A DNA stretch of 48,961 nt from Candidatus Staskawiczbacteria bacterium RIFOXYC1_FULL_38_18 (GTDB taxonomy: Bacteria; Patescibacteriota; Minisyncoccia; Minisyncoccales; Staskawiczbacteraceae), in contig MHPP01000024.1 in the NCBI GenBank assembly GCA_001822095.1, forward strand, positions 1-48,961, in the 5' to 3' direction. This document shows, piece after piece, positions 37,657 to 46,289 of this stretch (within the stretch, counting starts at the first letter, position 1; the number at the start of each line of letters is the position of its first letter). The notes beneath the pieces were generated by a model, which worked only from the letters and a program-made list of their open reading frames with translations, did no database searches and was not told the origin of the DNA. A program made the translations under genes and the position numbers.

Positions 37657-40077
37657 TTATTTTTTCGGTTTTTTTGATTCCACAAAACTGACGCACTCGC
37701 CCTGATTTTTAAATTTACCCCCAAAATTCTTCCATCCGTCTTTTTTACACTGGTCCTTAGATGTTGGCAAATTTATAATCTCAAAATTAATTGTTTGTTT
37801 GGGGCTGTTATTGCCGGCCATGTCTGACGCAAAAAAAGTTATTACGTGCCTTCCTTCGCCTTCAACATTTATTTCAGCCATGCCTCCGGGAACTTTTTTA
37901 ATACTGGCTTCATCCAAACTATATTCAATATCCAAAACTCCCGACTCCGTATCATTTGCGTTAATTTTTACAAACGCAAAATTTACATAAAGCCCATCTT
38001 TATTTTTTTCACCGGTTAGGGTTGCTGTTGCAGTTGGCGGCAGTAAATCTTCCAGATCTTCGCCGATTAGGGTTGCTGACGGTAAAACTGTTTCTATCTC
38101 GCTTTCTGATGTTTGTTTTATTAAAAGAACCACCTGCCCTGAGCCTGTCAAAGGGTCCGCATTTAAATTCATTTTACCTGTGAGCTGGGTTGTTGCCGCT
38201 AAGTTGCTAAAAACTTCGGTTGTTACCGCTTGTCCGGCAACAATGTCTTGGCTTTTTATTGTGTAAGTTCCCGTGCCAATTCCCTGCAAACTAATATCAT
38301 AAACCTGTCCATCGTCGTCCGGGAGGTAAACAAATTTATGCTCGCCCCAAATTTCAAAGTCGGCGTTTGGAATTTCGTTTATAACACTCCTGTCTTCGGC
38401 TAAGCCCAGCCTATTACCAAACTGGTCTGTCACAAAAATATCAATTGGGCTAAAAACAGAAATTGCTTTTCCGTTTAAATTGCACCTGTTTATATCTTGC
38501 GTAATTACATTATTTGAAATTTCCAAACTGCTCCCCGAAATCAAATTTACAATTTTCTGCCTGCTTCCGTTGGCGCTCAACATTTTGCTGTGACTGCCCG
38601 ACAAAGAATAAAATTTGTTTTCTTGGCTTATTGGCAAATTGGTTGCGCTTTCCAGGGGAACAGTGCCATCTCCCGGAGTAAATTTTGGCGCATCGTATTC
38701 TGTAATATTGTTGCCCAGAAAATCAACTCGCCTTCTCTCAATAACTTTTCCCAGAGTGCCTGCTTTGCATCCGTCAATTGCATAAAGTTCAACTCCTGCC
38801 GTTCTTAAGTCGTAATTATCAAAATTTTCCGTGTGCAAAATTTGCGCATTATCAAATCCCACGGAATTTAAATTATGGTCTTCTGTTAAAAAACCTTCCA
38901 CCTCCTGATAATTTAAATCTTTTATCACATTTTGTACATTGGGGTTTTCTGTTGTTGGAATAGCCTCGTCTATGGTTTTTATAAAACTCCCGTTAACATC
39001 ATAATATTGCTGGCTCGGGAGCAAATCATAAGAAGCTGGCATATTTTCAGAAATCTTTTTTATTTCGCTTTCAGCCAGCCACGGAATTCCAAAACTATCT
39101 CCCTGCAATAAAACCTTAACCGATTTTGGCGCGCCTGTATTTGGCACGCCCACAAAAACCGCTTTTCCAATGTGATGGCTTGCGGGATTATCCATCACAT
39201 ATTTTTTAACAATCAATCCGCCCAGGCTGTGAGCTACAACATCAACTTTATCACCTCCGGTTTGCTGTAAAATTACATTTATTTTCTCTCCCAACAAATC
39301 CGAATTAGTTTTATTATCGGCATATTTTCCACTCGCCCCATACCTCCAATCGTACGGAAACGTAAATAAATTATCATTTTCTACATATCCCTGATTTTTA
39401 AATTCATTGATTAAACCGTCCGCATAGTCAAGAAATGGTTGTTTTTTAATAATATTGTTTTTATATATTTCGTTATTTATCGGAGTTAAATTCTCATTAA
39501 ATTCTAACGGGTCAATAAAACTATCTCCCACATCAGTAGCCATCCTGACCAAATCAGCCCACAATAGTTCGTCACCATTTTTCATTTCTGTCCCTAATAG
39601 TCCCGGCACAATTAAAACCGGTATTTTTTCATTTATTTGTGTGTTGTTAAAAACACAAATAATATTTTCGGCAACAGTTGAGTTGACTTCCATGATTACG
39701 CCATCGGGCAAATATGAAAAATTATCGCTTTGGCTTTCGCTGGCGCAATGAATAATATCAATTTCAAAACCCTCCGTGTTTTCTTGAGACAGCAAATACT
39801 GCCCTCCCCAGGCAGAGACCGCTGTTGCAACCGATGCGGTTAAGTTTTGAGTTTGCAAATTAAAATTTTGATAGTCATGCCAAACAAGGATATAGTCATC
39901 GAGTTCTTCGTCGTATTCGTAATAGCCCGCTTTTAAACTAAAATTAAAAGGGGCTTCCCGCCCCTGCGTGTTTACAACTATATTTAAATTGGCATCCGGT
40001 ATAATAATTCCCGCATCCGAAACTGCGGGCGTAAGAACTGCAATTAACGCAAAAAGTATAATTATTTTATTTTTCAT
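37657..40077 (-). CDS. Secreted LCAT/PGAP1-like alpha/beta-hydrolase (lipase/acyltransferase) with Ig-like domains
   Basis: Signal peptide; VLIVPGLLG, FPYDWR, AHSLGG, GDGTVP, HSKM. Confidence 0.82.
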   Translation of the reverse strand: MKNKIIILFALIAVLTPAVSDAGIIIPDANLNIVVNTQGREAPFNFSLKAGYYEYDEELDDYILVWHDYQNFNLQTQNLTASVATAVSAWGGQYLLSQENTEGFEIDIIHCASESQSDNFSYLPDGVIMEVNSTVAENIICVFNNTQINEKIPVLIVPGLLGTEMKNGDELLWADLVRMATDVGDSFIDPLEFNENLTPINNEIYKNNIIKKQPFLDYADGLINEFKNQGYVENDNLFTFPYDWRYGASGKYADNKTNSDLLGEKINVILQQTGGDKVDVVAHSLGGLIVKKYVMDNPASHHIGKAVFVGVPNTGAPKSVKVLLQGDSFGIPWLAESEIKKISENMPASYDLLPSQQYYDVNGSFIKTIDEAIPTTENPNVQNVIKDLNYQEVEGFLTEDHNLNSVGFDNAQILHTENFDNYDLRTAGVELYAIDGCKAGTLGKVIERRRVDFLGNNITEYDAPKFTPGDGTVPLESATNLPISQENKFYSLSGSHSKMLSANGSRQKIVNLISGSSLEISNNVITQDINRCNLNGKAISVFSPIDIFVTDQFGNRLGLAEDRSVINEIPNADFEIWGEHKFVYLPDDDGQVYDISLQGIGTGTYTIKSQDIVAGQAVTTEVFSNLAATTQLTGKMNLNADPLTGSGQVVLLIKQTSESEIETVLPSATLIGEDLEDLLPPTATATLTGEKNKDGLYVNFAFVKINANDTESGVLDIEYSLDEASIKKVPGGMAEINVEGEGRHVITFFASDMAGNNSPKQTINFEIINLPTSKDQCKKDGWKNFGGKFKNQGECVSFVESKKPKK

Positions 40078-40104
40078 ACAATTTTATTACTTATTTATTA
40101 TTTT

Positions 40105-40464
40105 TTAAAAAATTTCCATACTAAGGGTCATTGCTGAATATAGGGCGAAGCCAGTAATAATTAAAGTGACCGACAATAACGCTATTAATAAATATTTTAT
40201 TATTTTTTTTCTACAATATTTATTCTTAACGAGGAAAATTAGCGCCAACAATAAACCAATAAATTGCAATGCAATTACAAATTTTAAATAGCTTAAATTA
40301 TCTGAATTTTGTAAAAAATTATCTCGTATGGGGTGGACGTTACTTGTTCTACTAGATTGAAAAAATTCATAATAAAAATTTACCACTGGGCTCCATAATA
40401 TTTCCGGGACAATGAACATCGCGCCGGAAACCCATAACCAAATTTTTTGCGTTTTAGATAACAT
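40105..40464 (-). CDS. Small 3-TM membrane protein
   Basis: Hydrophobic ORF directly upstream of the hydrolase. Confidence 0.7.
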   Translation of the reverse strand: MLSKTQKIWLWVSGAMFIVPEILWSPVVNFYYEFFQSSRTSNVHPIRDNFLQNSDNLSYLKFVIALQFIGLLLALIFLVKNKYCRKKIIKYLLIALLSVTLIITGFALYSAMTLSMEIF

Positions 40465-40580
40465 ATTTTTACGTTTTTAATAATATTTTATTATTATACC
40501 CCTCTTTCTTAAAATAAAAAACCCCGGGTGATGCTTTTGCGAGTTCAACGCGGGGTATATGACTGCAGAAGTTAAAGGTT

Positions 40581-41573
40581 CTATCGTTTGCCCGATTGGC
40601 CTTCCAATTCTATGGCCATTTGAGCCAATTTGGCCTGTTCTGTCTCCAGAACTTTCAGCGCGCGTTGTCGATCCGCTTCTTTTTGTTCTTTGCATGACTT
40701 TTCGTACAGTGCTTTTATACGCTTCCGTTCTCTTTCCCTGACTCTGTGCAGAAGAACAACTTGAGCAGCAACCGAACCGCCGAGCACTGCTTCCTGTAAA
40801 CTGGCTGGCTTCCTATAGTTTGAAGAGGAAAAAGCCCTCTCGTGAGGAAAGCTGTAACTCTTGCCCATGGCCAGCTCGACCAGCTTCTTCAAAGATGCCT
40901 CATCCAGTTCCTGAGTGTTCAACCAATTAAGCTCCTTTAATTGGTCTAGAATCTCAATGAACTGCGGTCTAGTAGCAACCAGCCGGTTCCTAACCGACTC
41001 GTCGGTTGTTTCGTTATAGCATCGCTCAGACATTGAACTAAATTTCCATCCGAGCCGGGTAAATTCTCTCATAAACTCTCGCAACATTTCCTGCTGGTGC
41101 CGGATGTTGGCATCTGAGTAAAAAGAGCTGTCGAAGTAATTTTTCCTGTCCGGCCGTAGAAACCACAGGACTTTTTGAAACAGAACATCGTGCTCCAGTA
41201 TCCACCACCACAAAGGGTGGCCTCCGTCCCTTGCCCCGCCATTAAAAAACTTCGCGCAGAGAACGCCAAACGCCTTTTCCGAGATTTTCTGGCGGTTCCT
41301 GGCAATCTCATTATTGTAATCATATTCCTGCCTGTCGTGAAAATCATAACCGCCATCGTAGCCGTTGGCGATATCCAAAAGAAGCGACACTAATTCCGCT
41401 TCCTTCCACCACCACTGCGCCTCCCCGGTCGTCAACAAATGCAACAGTCCGAGCAGGTCGCCAAGCTTTTTGGTTTCCTTCCATTTTGCCATCCACTCCT
41501 CGAGCGAATAAGCGGTTGGCACAAATGTCATCAACGGATGCTTGGCCTTAACAACTCGCGGATCTTGAGACAT
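40581..41573 (-). CDS. Orphan hypothetical protein, 330 aa
   Basis: GAGGAG SD, TTGACA at 41665, terminator 40516-40556, C-terminal coiled coil. Confidence 0.8.
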   Translation of the reverse strand: MSQDPRVVKAKHPLMTFVPTAYSLEEWMAKWKETKKLGDLLGLLHLLTTGEAQWWWKEAELVSLLLDIANGYDGGYDFHDRQEYDYNNEIARNRQKISEKAFGVLCAKFFNGGARDGGHPLWWWILEHDVLFQKVLWFLRPDRKNYFDSSFYSDANIRHQQEMLREFMREFTRLGWKFSSMSERCYNETTDESVRNRLVATRPQFIEILDQLKELNWLNTQELDEASLKKLVELAMGKSYSFPHERAFSSSNYRKPASLQEAVLGGSVAAQVVLLHRVRERERKRIKALYEKSCKEQKEADRQRALKVLETEQAKLAQMAIELEGQSGKR

Positions 41574-41700
41574 GACACGCTCCTCTCATTATTATGCCCA
41601 GTTACTTAGGGCGTTTTCAAAAAACAACTCATTTAAAAGTTTATTCCATTCCGCCAAATTGTCAAGCAAACAAAAAAGCGAAGACCCGTTCTCCGATTTT

Positions 41701-42168
41701 TTACTTTGATAAGATTTCTTTTATAACTTTTGAAATTTCGCTTCCTTCGGCTTTGCCCTTAACTTTTGGCATTAAATCGGCCATTATTTTGCCCGTTTCC
41801 TTAATCTCTTTGGCGCCGGTTTTAGCAATAGACTCTTCAACCAGTTTTTTTAAATCTTCGGAGGATAATTGTTCTGGCAAGTATTTTTGCAAAACTTCAA
41901 TTTCTTTTCTTTCTTTTTCTGCAAGCTCTAGCCGTTTGCCTTGCTCATAAAGCGCAATAGCGTCCCTTCTTTTTTTAATTTCAGAAGAAACCACGGCCTG
42001 TACCTCTTCATCTGTAAATTCCGGATCTTTTTCCAGAGACAATTTATATCTCTTTTCTTTTTCTTTTGAGGCAACAGATGCCAGCAACAAACGCAAAGTC
42101 GTTGTAGTTAAATTATCTCCTGCTTTCAGGGAATCAGTGGCGTCTTTGTGTATTTGTTGTTTAAGCAT
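41701..42168 (-). CDS. GatB/YqeY domain protein
   Basis: EIKKRRDAIALYEQGKRLELAEKERKEIEVLQKYLPEQLS. Confidence 0.9.
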   Translation of the reverse strand: MLKQQIHKDATDSLKAGDNLTTTTLRLLLASVASKEKEKRYKLSLEKDPEFTDEEVQAVVSSEIKKRRDAIALYEQGKRLELAEKERKEIEVLQKYLPEQLSSEDLKKLVEESIAKTGAKEIKETGKIMADLMPKVKGKAEGSEISKVIKEILSK

Positions 42169-42187
42169 AAGCGAGGTCGAGTGTAAA

Positions 42188-42409
42188 CTAAGCCTTTGGT
42201 TTTGCCAATTTTTCGGCTTTTCTTTTTTCGAGCCGCAACTCCACTCTTCTCAACGCGCCCCTCTTTTTTGCCAAAGCGGATTTTGATCTTTTGTGGAACT
42301 GATGTCCCCTTAACTGAAGCAAAACCCCCGATTGCCTTACGACCTTGGTAAATCGGTGCACCAAATTTTGCGAAGTTTCTTTGTCTTTTTTTGTAACCTG
42401 TAATGCCAT
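42188..42409 (-). CDS. rpsU: 30S ribosomal protein bS21-like
   Basis: Small basic protein, ETSQNLVHRFTKVVRQSGVL; upstream of yqeY as usual. Confidence 0.75.
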   Translation of the reverse strand: MALQVTKKDKETSQNLVHRFTKVVRQSGVLLQLRGHQFHKRSKSALAKKRGALRRVELRLEKRKAEKLAKPKA

Positions 42410-42420
42410 ATGCGCAAATT

Positions 42421-43713
42421 TTAATTTTTTAATGATTTAATTTTTTCTTTCATCTCTTCTACGACCTTGTCTAATTTTATTTCTTTTTGGGTTCCTGTTT
42501 CCATATCCCTCAAAGTAATAAAATCTTCCAATGCTTCTTTTTGCCCAAAAATTAAAACCCATTTTGCCCCCATTTTGTCTGCAGATCTTAATTGGGCTTT
42601 TAAAGAATCCTTTGAAAACGACTCTGCCACAGGAATTTTTGCCGCCCTGAATTCTTCAAACAACTTCATTCCCTTTCTTTTTGCCATCTGCCCAAGCTGG
42701 GCCAAAAATATTTTTGCTTCCTCGGGCTTTTTGCTTTTGACAACCGCCTTATCTTCTCTGCTTCCCAGCAAATTTATTATTCTCTCCATTCCTCCCGCAA
42801 CCCCACAGGCAGGAGTGTCCCTGCCTCCTAAAATCTTTGACAAACCGTCATACCTTCCGCCTCCCATTAATGTGCCCTGCGCTTTTCCGTCTTCAGAATT
42901 TTCAATAATTTCAAAAACTGTTTTTGTGTAATAATCCAGCCCGCGCACCAAATATGGGTTTAATGTGTAAGGAAGTTCAAGCTCGTCTAAAAATTCCAAA
43001 ACATCCTTAAAATGGGCGTGGCAGTTTTCGCAAAGGTGGTCAATTATTTGAGGCGCTCCGGCTTTTACCCTTTGGCATTTTTCCTCTTTGCAGTCCAAAA
43101 TTCTTAATGGATTTTCTTTTAGCCTTCTCTGGCAATCCGGGCACAATGCGGCCCTGCGCGACTTAAAATAGCTTATCAATATCTTTTTAAAATATGGCCT
43201 ACATTCTGAGTCGCCAATTGAATTTACTTCAATTGAAATATTTTTAAACCCCAGCTCCTTCATTACGTCATAGCTCATTTGGATAATCTGGCTGTCCAAA
43301 GAAGCGTTTTGCTCTCCTAAAACTTCAAAGCCAAACTGGTTAAACTGCCTGTACCTTCCTGCCTGAGGCCTTTCGTGCCTAAAACACGGCCCCAAATACC
43401 ACAGCTTTATTGGCTGGGGCTGGTTGTGCATTCCGTGTTCAATATAGCTTCTCATTATTACGGGAGTATATTCGGGCCTTAGCGCAACCAAGTCGCCACC
43501 TTTTGTGCGAAATGTGTACATTTCTTTTTCAACAATATCTGTACCGCTTCCGGTGCCTTTTGAAAAAACTTCCGCAAACTCTAAAACAGGAGTTTCAATT
43601 CTTGAAAATCCGTGATATTTTGCCACGCTTTCAACCGTTTTTTGAACCTTGTTAAAATAAACAAAGTCCTCGGGCAGAATATCGTGCACTCCTGACAAGG
43701 TTTGATACTTCAT
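42421..43713 (-). CDS. hisS: Histidine-tRNA ligase
   Basis: LRPEYT, FRHERPQAGRYRQF, LVRGLDYY, GGGRYDGL; likely ATG 43713. Confidence 0.95.
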   Translation of the reverse strand: MKYQTLSGVHDILPEDFVYFNKVQKTVESVAKYHGFSRIETPVLEFAEVFSKGTGSGTDIVEKEMYTFRTKGGDLVALRPEYTPVIMRSYIEHGMHNQPQPIKLWYLGPCFRHERPQAGRYRQFNQFGFEVLGEQNASLDSQIIQMSYDVMKELGFKNISIEVNSIGDSECRPYFKKILISYFKSRRAALCPDCQRRLKENPLRILDCKEEKCQRVKAGAPQIIDHLCENCHAHFKDVLEFLDELELPYTLNPYLVRGLDYYTKTVFEIIENSEDGKAQGTLMGGGRYDGLSKILGGRDTPACGVAGGMERIINLLGSREDKAVVKSKKPEEAKIFLAQLGQMAKRKGMKLFEEFRAAKIPVAESFSKDSLKAQLRSADKMGAKWVLIFGQKEALEDFITLRDMETGTQKEIKLDKVVEEMKEKIKSLKN

Positions 43714-43724
43714 TATTATGTGTT

Positions 43725-44330
43725 TTAATAACTGGGCCTTGGTATCACAAATAATTCTGTGACAGGGAAAAGCCTTAAAAATGCTTTGCCGACTAAATCT
43801 TTTTGCGGGACAACTCCCCACGCCCTTGAGTCGTAAGAATAATCTCGGTTGTCTCCCAACACAAAATATTCTTTTTCTTTTAAAGTTATTTTTATTTCAC
43901 CAATTGTTTTCAAATTATCTGGAAGATATTTTTCTTCCAAAATAGTTATTTTGCCGTCTTTTATTATTTCCACTTTTCCTCCGACAACATTAACCGTCTC
44001 TCCCGGAAGCCCAATAACTCTCTTTATAAATCTTTGCGACGTGTCTTTGGGAAAATCAAAAACAACAACGTCACCCCTTTGAGGGTTTGAAAGCCTGTAA
44101 GAAATTTCGTCAACAATTAAATAGTCTCCCGACTCAAAATTGGGCGCCATTGATTCTCCTTTTACAATAAACGGCTGGAATAAAAAATACCTTATTGGCA
44201 AAACTATTACCAGGGCAATTAAAGCTATTTTAAAAAGTTCCCAGGCAAAAGACAAATATTTTTTATACCCCACAATTTCTTTTTCAGGATCCTTTTCTTC
44301 AACGATATTATTAGTTTGATTGTTCTCCAT
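43725..44330 (-). CDS. lepB: Signal peptidase I
   Basis: GESMAP, RGDVVVF, FIKRVIGLPGE, GDNRDYSYDSR. Confidence 0.95.
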   Translation of the reverse strand: MENNQTNNIVEEKDPEKEIVGYKKYLSFAWELFKIALIALVIVLPIRYFLFQPFIVKGESMAPNFESGDYLIVDEISYRLSNPQRGDVVVFDFPKDTSQRFIKRVIGLPGETVNVVGGKVEIIKDGKITILEEKYLPDNLKTIGEIKITLKEKEYFVLGDNRDYSYDSRAWGVVPQKDLVGKAFLRLFPVTELFVIPRPSY

Positions 44331-44454
44331 AATTTACATATTTTATCATACTTTTTATAGTATTGCAATACCCTTAAAAACAATAAAAAAGGGTCGCAAG
44401 CAAACGCCATGTTTGCTGCGACCCCCGTGGGAAACCGCGAAGGCGAAGAAAGGG

Positions 44455-44736
44455 TTATCGGTTAAAGCAGGGCCGATGCCTCTTCAGCCAGCGACGGCGG
44501 CGCGGACGCCGCCTCCTTTGAGAGCGCTCTTTGCGCTTCAGTGTCGGGGCGACAAGGTCGGTTCTGCCAGCCAACAGCTCCACGAGCTCAAAATGGATTC
44601 CGACGTGGAACTTCTGCGAAAACCTCCACTTGATACTATGGATAGGCTCGGAAGGATCCGCATAGGCGAGAAACTCGCGCTGAGCGGAATCCATGCTACT
44701 CACGTGGCGAAGCACCGCTTTTCTTCGAAACGGCAT
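44455..44736 (-). CDS. Orphan basic protein with Arg-rich tail (start uncertain)
   Basis: AAGGA SD before ATG 44736; promoter TTGACT(44930)-N17-TATAAT; terminator 44385-44425. Confidence 0.5.
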   Translation of the reverse strand: MPFRRKAVLRHVSSMDSAQREFLAYADPSEPIHSIKWRFSQKFHVGIHFELVELLAGRTDLVAPTLKRKERSQRRRRPRRRRWLKRHRPCFNR

Positions 44737-44948
44737 ACAAGATTCCTTCTTGCAAGAAACAGATCGGACAGAAAAGTGCCTCTTCTCTGTCCCGCCAAAA
44801 CGACAAAAAACTAGGATCACCCCCTTTCCCATTTCTTTGCCTTGTTGACAACGAACATATAACACCTCCCCTCTTTTGCCAAAGGAATGTATTATTAAAA
44901 AATTATAGCTCTTGAAAAAGCCAAAGTCAATGTGTAGAATGATTAAAT

Positions 44949-45500
44949 ATGATAATAATAATTGGCCTGGGAAACCCGGGCAAAAAATTTGAAAACACCC
45001 GCCATAACGTTGGCTTTATGGCAATTGATGAATTTGCAAAAAAAAATAATTTTCCTGATTTTGTTTTAAATAAAAAAGCTAATGCATTAATTTCGGAAAA
45101 CAATAAAATTATTTTGGCAAAGCCCCAGACTTTTATGAACGAGTCAGGCAAGGCCGTCCGCGTTTTAACTAAACCCTACATCCTAAACCCTAAACCCTTG
45201 CTTGTTATTGTCCACGACGATATAGACCTAAAAGTCGGCAAAATAAAAATAGTAAAAGAGCGCGGTTCTGCCGGACATAAAGGCGTAGAGTCTATAATTA
45301 AAAATATCGGCAATGAAGGATTAATTAGAATAAGAATTGGAATAGGCGGACAAAATGATGTAAAGGCAATGAAAGTTGTTTTAAAAAAATTCTCAAAAAA
45401 CGAGCAAAAAATAATTAACGGAGTTATTTTCAAAACCACCGATGCGATAGATTCTCTAATAAAAAATGGCCATGAAAAAGCCACGAACGAGTTTAATTAA
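44949..45500 (+). CDS. pth: Peptidyl-tRNA hydrolase
   Basis: GLGNPG, TRHNVGF, KPQTFMNESG, VHDDID, GHKG. Confidence 0.95.
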   Translation: MIIIIGLGNPGKKFENTRHNVGFMAIDEFAKKNNFPDFVLNKKANALISENNKIILAKPQTFMNESGKAVRVLTKPYILNPKPLLVIVHDDIDLKVGKIKIVKERGSAGHKGVESIIKNIGNEGLIRIRIGIGGQNDVKAMKVVLKKFSKNEQKIINGVIFKTTDAIDSLIKNGHEKATNEFN

Positions 45501-45655
45501 TTGACAATTAATCTTCTTGGTGGCAATATTAATCTAGCGGTATAAATAGCACCTTAAAATAAGATGCGCGACTTAGGCAATTGAATCCATCTGAAAAAAT
45601 TATGGGTGCAGTTGCGTGGGTCGCGTGTCAATCATCCAAAACATGGAGAGTCGTT

Positions 45656-46174
45656 ATGATCAAGCGCATTTTACTGATGGCGTTGATTATCGCGGCCATG
45701 ACGGCTGTGATGGCATGCTCCTCGGCGGTCGCGCAGGCAAAAAGACCAGCGCAACCATTTGTGGATACCGGGCCAATTTGGCAGGCTATTGCGCAACAGG
45801 AATTGCGGGAACAGCAAGAGTTCAGACTCTGGCAGCAACGCGGAATGACAACTCCCCAGATTTACTCCCAAACGCCAGCGAATCCGGCAAGAATGGCTGC
45901 CCAACTTCAGGCGGCGCGAGTGTGGGCATGGCAGCACAATCTGCCGCCCCCTTCCTCGTTTTCCCAGCAACAGCCAATGGTTGTTTACGACAATCAGCCC
46001 CAGCAAATGGCCCCGCAACAACGAACCCGACCCCAACCGAACGTTGTCCGCTCCGGCCCAAACGCAATGCCGGCAATGGGCTCTTTCATCTACGGCGCAA
46101 ACCGACCTGTGCAGACGTCTGCAAACAGAAATTGGCGGACGCCAACGGGACAGTCCGACCTACGCAAAAAATGA
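45656..46174 (+). CDS. Orphan secreted Gln/Pro-rich protein
   Basis: GGAGAG SD, signal peptide, TTGACA at 45501, downstream hairpin near 46212-46250. Confidence 0.6.
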   Translation: MIKRILLMALIIAAMTAVMACSSAVAQAKRPAQPFVDTGPIWQAIAQQELREQQEFRLWQQRGMTTPQIYSQTPANPARMAAQLQAARVWAWQHNLPPPSSFSQQQPMVVYDNQPQQMAPQQRTRPQPNVVRSGPNAMPAMGSFIYGANRPVQTSANRNWRTPTGQSDLRKK

Positions 46175-46289
46175 CCGCGCCGACGCGTCGATATTGATTC
46201 TCCAGCTTCCATGTCCTTTCCTTGCCAACCGGCAGGACAGGACTTTTTTTGCTATTTTTCAATTTTCTAAGTATCATTATCATATAAAT

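Noticed and set aside
45981..46289. N-terminal extension of the 756-aa mfd ORF
   Set aside because: Overlaps the upstream orphan and its terminator; ATG 46290 is the likelier start. Similar over-extensions were trimmed for comEC, hisS, nrdD and the 8081 ORF.
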